Source: Phoronis australis
Taxonomy: Eukaryota > Animalia > Phoronida
Assembly (NCBI GenBank): GCA_002633005.1
Contig: NMRA01000339.1
Coordinates: forward strand, 82,685-146,684
Length of the DNA stretch: 64,000 nt
Direction: 5' to 3'
In this document: positions 39,231 through 51,300 of the stretch, one piece after another
Position numbering within the stretch: the stretch's first letter is position 1
Layout of the letters: every line of letters begins with the position of its first letter
Notes under the pieces: model-generated
What the model was told of the DNA's origin: nothing
The model's input: only the letters and a program-made list of their open reading frames with translations
Databases searched by the model: none
Made by a program: the position numbers and the translations under genes

Positions 39231-39385
39231 TTAGCACTGATCCAGTTTCCCACACTCAACGCATTTGTCCTTGTGTTTCTCGTCGCACTGACATCCGCCG
39301 GATACACAACACGCGCAGTCGGCTCTCTGTGGTGAAAAGTTACACATGCAACCGGTAGAGGTCGCAGTCCACGGATTCATCCCAG
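39231..39385 (-). CDS. VWDE-like exon 20 (terminal 10-Cys module, stop TAA)
   Basis: AGMNPWTATSTGCMCNFSPQRADCACCVSGGCQCDEKHKDKCVECGKLDQC*; phase-1 acceptor TTTCAG; candidate AATAAA on - strand at 38857-38862. Confidence 0.82.
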
Positions 39386-42300
39386 CTGAAAGACAGGGTC
39401 GATATGAGAGAAATACGTACTAAAAGCCTAGTCAACACACTTTGCCAACTATTTAATGTTTTGGGAGTGGCAATTACAGCATTTTCATAGATTCGCACGG
39501 TCGTTGCATAGTGAACTTGTCAATAGTCAGGTTGCAATAGAAACTCATAGCACAACCATGTCTTCAAGTGTAGATTCAGGTCACAACCAGCGAAAAGGGT
39601 GCGGTTGTGTGAACCATTGACCTTAGAACCGTAAGGGTTACAAAAGAAAAACAGCTATACGAGGTTTCTGGTAACTTAGCATACCGAGCACAAATGTAAG
39701 TCTAGAAATTGACGAAAAGTAGGCAAAATCCAGTGGCGGATCTAGGATGTCACAAGGGGGGGGGCCAACATTATGTCCGGCTGCAAGCATTTGCGCAAAC
39801 TGAACGATTGTAGATGCGCATAGCACTGAATGGGGGGAGGTCGGGAGGGGGGTTTGCCCCAGGAATTTTTTCTGTTTTTACCTCTAAAAATCAAGCATTT
39901 TCCTTGATTCCTGAAGTATTATCCAAGAAAAAAAGGCAAAAAAAAACAAAAACACGGAGAACGTGTCAAACAGGAAAAACTGAAAATTCCAAAGACTCGA
40001 ACTCACGACCTAGCGGATAGAGCGCGTGTGCGTTACCACTACACCACCACGACTCAACTACTAACTTTATACTAAAAGACCTACTTGTTTAAGGTCCACA
40101 GCGTTTGCGCGCGAAACCTAATTCTTTTTGTAATGCGTATTACACGTTTTATATTTTGTGCCACCAATTCTTAACAAATTTGTCGTATTTGAAATAGTCT
40201 TCAAATGCCCAAAAGACCAAATCCATTTTTCGTGTTGGCATTAATCATGACGGGATTGCTTTGGAAATCGTCTTATGATAAGGTTTGACAAAGAGAGTAT
40301 TGCGCGATTCTGAGTGATTTACTAAGGCTTCGATTAAAATTCACAACTTGCCAGCAGCTTCTGTTTTTTCATCGTCACTCAGATTCCATTTTCTTTAAAA
40401 AATGAAGTAAATTTTCTTCATTGCACAGTGGAGCAGACGACGGAAACGGAGTCGTAGTGCGCAGCGCTTCTGCCGGTCGCCTGGGATATCGCGGGAGAGC
40501 CTATACTTAGCCATAGCTCCGTTACGGATGCGCCGTGTTCCGAATTTGACCCCTGAAATTGGATTTGAGCACCCCCCAACACTAAAACTGCACACATTTA
40601 AATCTTTTTTCATCCGTATAATTTTAATTACCGGGGTTAATTAATAAAATCACCATTTCCCTACGCTCTTACTGTTTTATTTTTTGCGGTGGCAGCCAAG
40701 GGGGGGGGGGCCCCCCTAAATCCGCCTATGAAATCTTAGCCCGTAGCTCAAGAAATATCAGTGTTGCGTCTCTGCCAAAGGGACTCCTCAAGACGTAGGG
40801 TCAAACGGTACTAAGGAGCAACTTCTGTATCAACACCGAGTCAACCGACCACTTGAGCTACGAATACGACCTTACCGACTTTGGCTGTCCACGAAGTGGT
40901 ACTTTTGTCGGGTGAACACATTTTGTCCGGTGACCCGACGGCAGTTTGATGTGGGAGGTAGCAACGACCTTCAATCAGACAAGTATTCGGCTGCAGAAGT
41001 AAAAAAAAAAGAATTATAGTTGTCATTTGGAAAATTTAGAATGATTTCGTTTGAAGGGACATTGTCGGCTAACCTGCAACTCCCACAGTCGCATTCTTTA
41101 ACGCTCAGCTGGAGGAGTTATAAATAGGACTCCACGGAATTGTCTAAACTTTGCTAATTTCGAAAAGTGGTACATGTATCTCAGAAACAGCTGATCTGAT
41201 TGACATTAAACTTTCAAATACTATTATGCTTTCTGCACTATTCTCCAAACTGCTTTTAGTATTCGTTCATAACTTGTTCCACCTCTGCATTAGAGGCTAC
41301 CAAAAATAAACAGAAGTTGCAAAAAACGAAAACGAAATATTTTACTAAATTGTAACAGCGTTTATTGAGAAATCATTTTGAACATTTATACCAAAGAAAT
41401 GTGACATATTTATTGATAGCGTTGTTTTGCTTTACCTTTCATTTTGACCCAGTTAATGACAAATTGTTATTAAGGCAACTGTAAAATTCTACAAGCTTTC
41501 CTCTCTCATGAATACCTTTACATAAATAAATTCAGAGTTTGTAGATATCTTGACTAAATGCACAGATTTATCGCAAGATCCAACATAACCTACACGAACT
41601 CAATTAATGACAATGTATTTTAAGAGTATTTAACTGGTCAAGTCATCGGCCTTGATTTCATGGAATTTCTGTCAGAGTTGGCGAATTGTAATAAAATCGG
41701 TCAAAACAAAAGGATTTTGTTGTTGTATAACTCCGGTCACCGCTTATAATCTCAACTTCAACTAAACCCAAAACAATCTCAAATGCCAAATTCGCTACTG
41801 ACAGTCCTTTACAAGCGCATGAAATGGCAACAGATAGCATTTTCAGAAATCAACGTGCAGTTTATATATAACCAAGAAGTGCTAGTTGTATTATAGAGTT
41901 GTATACTACAAAACAGGGCTACAGAAATCAAACAAAAGTTATGGAGACTCTATTTCATGACCAGTTTTGCTAATCACAGTCGCAATGACTTTTCAGGGTC
42001 CTACATGTAATTCACGAAAGCAGCTTAAGACTTAAAAACAAAAAAATTGGTCTCTTCCATTTCATAATTGCGTAATAAAGGTTTAGACAAGTAATTTCAT
42101 GAGTTGATCACAACCTAAAAATGATTTACCTGGCAGTTATGTTTATGTTCCCAGAGACTGCATTTTTTTCAAGTGAGATTTAATTACTTTTCAGAAGTAA
42201 TTGTAAGACCAAAGTTATGGCTCAAATCGTAAGTCACTTTTTACGAAACAGCCCAGTCTGTGTTAACAAATGTCCCATTACTATTGGACCGTCACACGAA

Positions 42301-45300
42301 TTTTGCCCCGACGCTCCACATTGCGGACGCACTAGCTTTCCAGGACTCGGTAAATACCACGGCTTGGAATGACAAAAAGCGAACAATGTTCCAGGTGACG
42401 AAATATTCCACAAATAATTAGGCCCTTTGTGTGATAAGAAATATTTTTGGGTAGCAAAATTTAATTGAAAAAAGTTTTTGCATGAACGAAGTCGAAAGAA
42501 TAATGAGAAGAGACGAAAAATAGGAAACTGTAAATCAAATAACACGAAATTGTAACCAAAAAAAGAAGAAATCTTCTTACAAGAGGAAAATTCCAAGCCC
42601 TGGAATACACAAAATAAACTCACCACGTGGAAGCAAGTTTCATTTGAACAGCTCTGACAGTTGGAGTCGTGCACCATAAATAGCGTCTCGTCACTGAATA
42701 GTTTCCCGTCGTTAGTTATGGAAATGAGGAAGGCACGTGCTGGTTTTCCTGCGAGGAAAACTCACTCACAACCACATGTAAAAGTAAAGAAGCAAAGAAG
42801 CAAACACATTGCCACCAGTCAGACTGTGAAAGTGAACGTTATCCCCCGAACCCTACTGAGATGCAGTAGTTTATTTTTCGAGAAGAGATGTATATGATTT
42901 GTGGTGCACAAATAGCATCATAATTTAAGAATGGATACATTCAGAAATGGCTGTTCATAGTACGGTTTAAATCTACATTGCACTGTAACAAAGGAAAACA
43001 CACCACCCACTGGATTACGTACATGAACAAGATAGGCGTAGGAAGATATAGTTTAGGGGACTAGTGACCCCAAAGGATAAATCCAGCACTGGTAGTTTAT
43101 TTTGCTATGCTTTCACTTATCCGACTGCCCTCGCCCCCGCCCTACCCCTTTGCCGGCTGCCACGAAAATTTCAGCCTCACGCCTACAATTAAATGGGGGC
43201 AAGTACATGTACCCTCCCGCTAACACCGCTTTCTACGTCCGAGTGTTAAGTGTGAGGGAACGCTGTCCCCACTTCATGAGTGAAGGTTCTCTGCTCCCGG
43301 TACGCTTTTATGCAGACATCACAGAGAAAACTTCTTTTGCCTGTATCTTTGCAAACGTAGGTTCGTATCAGCAGAAAGACTCTGATAATGCAAATACATG
43401 TATACCCTTTCCGACACTGTGAGGGGGGAGTTGGCAGGCTACTTCAGCAAAACTTTCGAATTCCGCGACAGTGGTTTTGTACGGACCAGGCACCTTGGAC
43501 AGTTTGCCGTTGACAATCTAAAGCAAAAACAACAGGTTTATAGTACGGTCTCAACAAACATAAGTCTAGTGAAAACCTGCGTAGTAAAACTAAAAAATAA
43601 CAATACCAAAGTTGGAAGAGGTTCTAAAATTGTTATATAAACCCGCCTTACTTTTGATTTGGCTCAGTTACCGATGTGAAACTGATCTCATGTTGGTCCT
43701 TGTTCAGATCAGAAGTAAATTGGAAATAAATTCCCTGTGGCTAGAGGCTGCGTTTTAAATGACCAGCCGGGTCAAGTGTACTTGATGAGCGTGGTCTCAA
43801 GCGTCAATGAGCTGCCAAAGCATGCTAGGTCCCTATATCACTTCAAATCGCGGACTGTAAATAACCTAAAGCAGGCTTTTGAGACAAAGCATAGGCAGAC
43901 TTGAGGGAAAACGCTGTCGGCATGCCGTTATCACTGCGGTTGGCCCCCTTGCGACATCCTGCATGTACATTCTCACATTTAAATCTCTTCAACTGACGAA
44001 ACTCATCATATGCATGAACCCATGACCTGCAAATGATGAAATACCTACCTCAACCTCTCTAACTCTGCAAGCCAGTTTGAACGAATCTTTAACATTACGA
44101 ACTATCATGAAGGTGGTTTGGCACGGCCGTTTTCTTATGTCGCAGACTGGTCTGAAATGTAGGTAAATTTGTTGTTCACGAATCTGTAAAACTAATTTGT
44201 CATCGCGGGTCTTAGCCAGATCAAAAGTAGTATATGTACGTTAAATGTTCCCTTTACCTCCTCCGTATTTGTTCAAAGGAACAATGGTCAACCCATTGTT
44301 GCTAGATATGAATTTTTGTCACTAAACAAAAACAGGTAAATACCGTGAGTTTCTATTAGTAAGGTGAGCAGTCCACGAGATTTTAGAGGTCTCTCAAAAA
44401 CATATCAACAGTTGCTTCAACTGAGATTCCTCGGAGTGCACAAAGCTGGCTCGAAAGCACGAGCAGTCGAGGCTTTCAGGCATTTCTTATTGGGACTGTG
44501 TACAAGAACACACCATAACAAAATGTCTTATTTACTGCCATAAATATACAATCATCTACCATTCAATTTCCGAAGGTAAACTACCAATCTTATGTGCTCA
44601 ACTCGGTTACGCACCTTATCACTTCTAAAACAGTCGGTGGTTTACTCATGACAACGGCACAATCTTCGCCAGCGAAACCTGTATTGCACTTGCACACGCC
44701 TTTGACACAATTTCCCCGGAAGTTACAGTTGTCCAGACACATGTGTTCACCGACAAAAGGTGGCGGTACTAAGGAACCGTTGCCATCTTTGCCGTAGTTG
44801 CTAGGATTTTGCAAGATAACTTGTTGGCACGCCTTCTCCATGTCAGCGACAGCGTCTTTAGCAAAGGTCAGATCATCTGAAATCTAGGTGCGGAATTAGA
44901 CAATGATGATATTTTCAATCGCATTTCTTGTGAAACGTGTATTTGTGCAAGAAGCGGATAAATGAGGTCATGCAGATTCCTAGAAAAATGTCTAAATTTG
45001 GTCAACTTCGGAATATTATAACTCACTTACATGTACGACTGATCGGATTCAGATGAATCTTTCACACACTATGAATATTCATGTTTTTTGTACACCGCTC
45101 TACGAAAACTCCGAAAGGAATTGTTTTCAAAATATTACACTTTGGCCCCAGGGCCTATCACTAAAATTAAAAAATTCAAATGTTGCATAAAGCGAAAACA
45201 GAATGATGTTTTAGAGAGCACTTTTGAGGTTTTATCTTGAATAACTATAGCGAATGAAATGTGGCCATGGTATTGATACGGTTTTGTTATGAGTGTACCT

Positions 45301-48300
45301 TTCTTGTTTTGCTAAATTTTACTAAAAATCATGGCCACATGATCCAATCAATGTCGTATTTGTAAAATATAAAAAAAACAAATTCTACAGGTTTTCAACT
45401 TTCAGAAAATAAAAAAGTTGACAAGAATCATTTATGAAATTTGCTTTTTGTAAGAAGAATGATATCGATTTTACCGAATTTTTAGCTGCAGCGAAATTCA
45501 TGGGCACACAAAACTTATACAAGATTTGCTTTTATTTGGAAAACATCATTTGTGAATCAGAATTTACTATCACAGACGCCTAAACATGTAAATCCGATAA
45601 TAATGAATACTTTGCATCTTGAGTCGTTATAAACATGTGCATGTTGAGGTGCAATATGAACTTTCAATGAATACTTTCAATGAGAAATCTTTCAGTCACT
45701 CTAGAAAGTATGTGCATAAATGCCGGACCATTGTACCGGGAAGCCTTATTGGAGTCGAAGTATCCCAGGGGGTTTGGGGCTCTTCCCACAAGACATTTTC
45801 AGAATTAAGGTTTGACAATTAACGTGACGTAGCAGACGGTAAGGCAGAGCTCAAAGATGTCTTCAGATAAGACAGAGAAACAAAAAGTCAGAAAAAGTAA
45901 AAAACGAGACAAAAGTCCACTAAAAAGGCAGGAACTACCAAAATTCGACGAATGCCCAACTCATAGCTCTGAATATACCCGGTTTTTTAGTAAAAAGTCC
46001 ACATTCTCAAAAATTCACGCCTCCGGTTTCTTAGGCTGGGTGAGCGCATGTAAACTAATGCTTTGGTAATAACGATCTTCTTCAAAAGAAATACTATTGT
46101 TGGGGATTCTAAGGGAGATAACTCGGCAGTTGACCCATAAAATTCTCTTTTTAATCTAGTGCATCTTTACTTTTATACATTTCGCAGTAGATGCCCATCC
46201 TCTAATGTTTTACTGTTATTTTCTCAGTGCTCGAATTAGGTTTTCTTGTTTTATTCAGAATTTTTCATAATGTTTACCCAAATCCCGTCTATTATTTTCT
46301 TTGACATTTGAATCGTATGCAAATAGTTTCCAGATCCTGCAAAAATAATGGAGCAGTGTCGCCTTCTTACCGGCCTCACTTCTCCCAGATGGACACTAGG
46401 TAAACATGAATTCATTAAATGGTTGAGGGACACTTGGGAATTCCGTCCATGACGAAGTGACGTTAAGGACTTCAAAAAAAAATCTCATAAGTTTAACCNT
46501 TCTCTTTTTAATCTAGTGCATCTTTACTTTTATACATTTCGCAGTAGATGCCCATCCTCTAATGTTTTACTGTTATTTTCTCAGTGCTCGAATTAGGTTT
46601 TCTTGTTTTATTCAGAATTTTTCATAATGTTTACCCAAATCCCGTCTATCATTTTCTTTGACATTTGTATCGTATGCAAATAGTTTCCAGATCCTGCAAA
46701 AATAATGGAGCAGTGTCGCCTTCTTACTGGCCTCACTTCTCCCAGATGGACACTAGGTAAACATGAATTCATTAAATGGTTGAGGGACACTTGGGAATTC
46801 CGTCCATGACGAAGTGACGTTAAGGACTTCAAAAAAAAATCTCATAAGTTTAACCTAACAACGGAGCACCTGGCGTGTGAACTTTTCATTGGCATTCACA
46901 GTTCACTGCTTAAGTTATCAATAATTCAGCCAGTTACGAATACAAAACACATTAGAGCCCTTGAGCACTTAGACCGACGAAAACATCATATCTATTGAAA
47001 GACCACAAAACTGTTCTGGTAGAACTTCTACAGTTTGACATCCAGCGCTAACTGCTGCAATTTAGACTAACATACAATAAATGTACCTGTAGTGTGAAAC
47101 CTAGGCGTACCTTTATGTCTTCCACACAGTCCTCCACGAATGTCTTAAAGTCAACTTCCTTTTGCTTAGAGCATTCCGTCGCTAATTGTGACTTTAGTAT
47201 TTTCTTCTGACAATATTCAGTTGCAGTCTTTTTTGTGAGTCCGCTCGGTGTTGGGAATTCGGGCCTCTTTGATTCCTTGAAATCTGGAAGTAAGTCAGTC
47301 GGATAGGTTTAGACGGTGCAAAACACACCAAAATTTAAAGTTTTGTTATTCATAAATTATAAATAAACTGGTTTTGCTCTCAGCAGCCCCTGAATATGCT
47401 TTTCATCGTATGACGGTCTTTAGGAAATAAAAACGTTCAAGTCTAAGTAATATAAACAAGATTAATTGATACAATATATCCAGCAAAGGTCCACTGGGCA
47501 GCGTTTCGTAACAGTGCGAGACACTTGCGTCGAGAAATGTTCACTTTAAAGGAAGTTGTAACCCGTCTCCCGTTATTCATCAGCCTCGTCGACCGATCAT
47601 TACAAGTCATCGCGGTAGGCTATCCAGGGATGTTAAATTATGCGTGAAAAATCTCTTTACTTGCGTGATTTTGCGTGATCTTACGTGATATCACAAAAGC
47701 TGCAAAGTTCAACATTACGAAACGGAGTTACGGTTACATTGTAGGCCTATTCGGTATACACGTACATGTATTTAGGAATATGCACCTATAGTCGAAAAAA
47801 TGCGTTTTTTCAAGGACTTTTTGCCAAAAAATTTCGCGTTGTAGCTCATGCGTCTTAGATTCACCTATTGTCGCAAACGTTTATGCTTGTTTTTGTGCAT
47901 GCCCTTGACTCTCACGTTGCAACTAGTCAGTACACGTCAATTTCTACCATTTCCATAACGAACGAGTCAAGTTTGACGGGATCAATTATTTATAAATTTT
48001 GGTCGTCGGTTTAATGAAATGTTTCACCAATCACGCGCCCAATTCCCGATATAACAACACCATGCAGGCGCATGTGCTTAGATACTGTACGATGACTGAA
48101 AGCACGAGAACGAACAAACCAGAATAAGAGCTTCCCCGGAAGTACAAGCATCTTACCTAAGCCATAATTAAACACATAAAATTCATCGGCGTCAGTGTCT
48201 AAGTCATGATATGTGGTCGAACGACGCAAGCGATTCTTCGTGTCCAATTTCTTTGTCAAATCTTTCCATGTAGAAGTTTGCTGAATGAACAAAATATAAT

Positions 48301-51300
48301 CCATAGATATTTAAAGCTAAATACTCTATTGGCAGACAATACATTGAACTGCGTTCCCCCCAAAACCGCACGCATCTTATAAGTGCCTATAATCTGGGTA
48401 GAGCTCACTAACGCTGGGACCGCTCTGAAAAGCAAGACTGCGAGATTCCGTTAGACATTGCCATGTGTTTTAAATGAGAACACGTGATTTTGACTAGACT
48501 TTAGTGAGGTCCTACTGAACTCTGCCCAGAATTCGATTACTGCGCAAACATTCGCGATGTACAACGGAAAACAAGACAGTGTTCCGTAGACCAAAGTAAT
48601 TGTGAGAAAAGCAATATTTCTCAAGACCTCGCAGAACTGCAAAGTTAAGTAAATTTCTCGCAAGTATGCTCGGGGGAAGTGGCAGGTTGTTTAGGTTGGA
48701 ATGTTCCAAGTTATTGAATTCGTAAATAGTGAGATAGAATTCACTGATTCCGTTCCGTAAGCGAAGATGCAAAGATTTTTCACCGTAAGCTCACAGAGAT
48801 CTACGGAACTCGGCACAGGAAGATAAATAATTCTCTTTGTCCTCCACAATGACCAGAACTAAGATCAGGATTGAGCCTTCACATCAGTCTTCAATTACTA
48901 AAACGAGCATTCAGCAATTTTTCTGTCTTCCTGATTGACACATTTAAAATTCTATTGAACGTTGATATCAACAGACCTCAACGTTTCTGTCCAAACACGT
49001 CTCTCGCGCAAGTAATATGTAAATTCCCGTATTCAATGTTTTGTCCAAGCCGTCTTGGAACACTGGATGTTCTAAAAATGGTTGGACATTAAATCAACGT
49101 TTTACTGATAAAATTGATAATTCGTTACCCCAGAAAGCGACGGAAACATAGTAGCAGGATGTTTAGTCATTCCAGAAATCATGACATGACAAGAATCTTA
49201 CTCTATCGGCGGGGTCTTTGATGTTGTTTCCAACTCGACAGTCAACGGTCCCTGTTTTGTGATGGCACTTACAGAACGGAGGGTTAAACTCGTATAAGCT
49301 AGACGCTTTGGGTACTTTGTCGAACAAACTTTCGCCGTATGGAATCCTGTAGGAATAAATTCGTGAAAGATACAGTAATTATAACGGGAAAATGCAGTCG
49401 GAATTTTTCTGAATAAGGTACACAAAAAATGCCCACGTGTTACTTATGCCTGAACATGCCCATTGCAACGGATATTGTGCTTTAATTTTACTGTTCATAC
49501 CCAACAATCCTAACAGACTACCTGAGGAAGTTAGCAAGTGTTTTTATGTTTTTCTTAACTATGACAGTTTTCCCGGAAACTTATTTACTTCCAAAGTATT
49601 CTTTTTCTCATGCTTTGGTGAGTAAAACACCCACCGACATGGTGTTCTGGTTTACAACTTCCATTCAGCGTTTTGGGAAGCAGGAATCAGTTGTTTTTTG
49701 TGTTTCTTCAGGTTAAAGTGACCTGTTATCACCTGCATTACCAACTGCAGTTGAGAGCTGGTCAAACTCAAAACCTTGGTAGTAAGACTGGGAGTTCCCC
49801 AGCTCACCACCTCTTTTGTTCTAACAGTCATTTCTGATAGTCCAAGATAATACAGTGCACTACGACTTATATATAACCAGGCAACGAAGAACCTACAAGT
49901 GTGAAGTTTATTGCGCTTATGAAGATGTACCACGAATGGGGTTTCTACGGTGTTCACTTAAATGGTAATAATTTCAACCAAAGTGCAAACACTTCCACTG
50001 AGGTGCCTAGACGGAAAATGCTAATTTCAAAATCTATGGAAATGTTTTCCACTCGGGTATGGTAATGAGACGTTAATAAAAGCAGAAATAGCGTCTATAG
50101 GTGGACATTACTTCCCTTTAGGTACCGCCTAGGTTGAAATTATTACGCCCTGACGGAAAGTATTTTCGCCCAGGATGAAATTATTTCACTCAGATGGAAA
50201 CTGTTCCCACTCGCGTTCTACCCGAGTGGACTTAAGTCCCAGCCAGGTTAAAAATCATATCACCCAGGTGGTGAAAAATAAACAATTAATAAGCAATGTA
50301 AAATGTCATTAAAACCAAGCTTCTTGTCAAAAACACATTTTGATTAAGACCTCTTACCGTTATGAAACTAGTGTTACCCTGTTCCTCATTCAGTCATATC
50401 TGGGCTCGGGAATAATTAACAGTCCGTTATTTTGTCAGACAAAGCTCATAAAATTTCATGTCTCGCCTGACACTAAATTTCATTTCATGAGCTTGGTGCC
50501 GAGCAATAACGAGCTGCCAGTTCTTATGAAACTCTGAAATTACCTCTAATTTGACTGAGGAACAATGCGAGACCAATTTCATGATGGTATATGGCTCTAA
50601 TCAATGGCAGAGAGTCCGGCGCAAGAATTTTGTACCCCGCATCGGGAAAAGAATTACCTCCAACTCTCGAAGAAAGCATTAGGGTAGTCATCGGTATAGC
50701 GGTGAACCGTTCCGTCTTTCTTTGTAAAATCGTTTTTGCTATTCCCATCAAACGTTCCACATACTCCTGCCGTGGCAGTAAAATCATCACTCGGAGCTTG
50801 AAGTTGTAGGTTCATGTGCCTTTCATCAGTATCGGCCTTCACCCAAGCGCCAGACGGGAACCTTATCTTAAAAATTCAAGGCATGGGTGAGTGAACTTAA
50901 CCTGCTTCATTTTCAAAAAATACGCCGTATTTTTCAATAAGACTTTATATGATGATTGTGGGATGGCGGATTTATCGAAAACATTTAGAAACAGGATAGA
51001 AAGACATCTAAGTAGAACATTTTAAGAAAGATTTAAACAATAGTAGAAGCACTCTTAGCAAAGAATCCGCAAGATTCTTCCCTTTTACGTTCCATGGGGG
51101 AGGGGGAAACAGAGGTGAGCGCAACCTTCGCCCCCGGTCGACTCTAGTTTCGCCTCCGGCACCACCCAGTTTCATCCCGAAGTCGGCACCACTTTTGCTC
51201 CCCTAAATCCGAAGTTGCCATCCGTTTTACTTCCGCTGAACCCCAGGTCCCCGCCCGCTACTCCGCTTCCTACGCACATGAATCCGTTCACATGTATGAT

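Noticed and set aside
45654-46050. Full-length eighth 5-bp-TSD element
   Set aside because: The right end (GGCTGGGTGAGCGCATG) clearly belongs to the 10304 family, but the left terminus and TSD cannot be fixed confidently.
46251-46832. Two near-identical 74-aa ORFs
   Set aside because: They lie in an N-joined duplicated intronic segment and show no recognisable motif.
48301-48331. Imperfect CATAGA...TCTATTG palindrome as a third P-like footprint
   Set aside because: The arms are imperfect and there is no flanking direct repeat.
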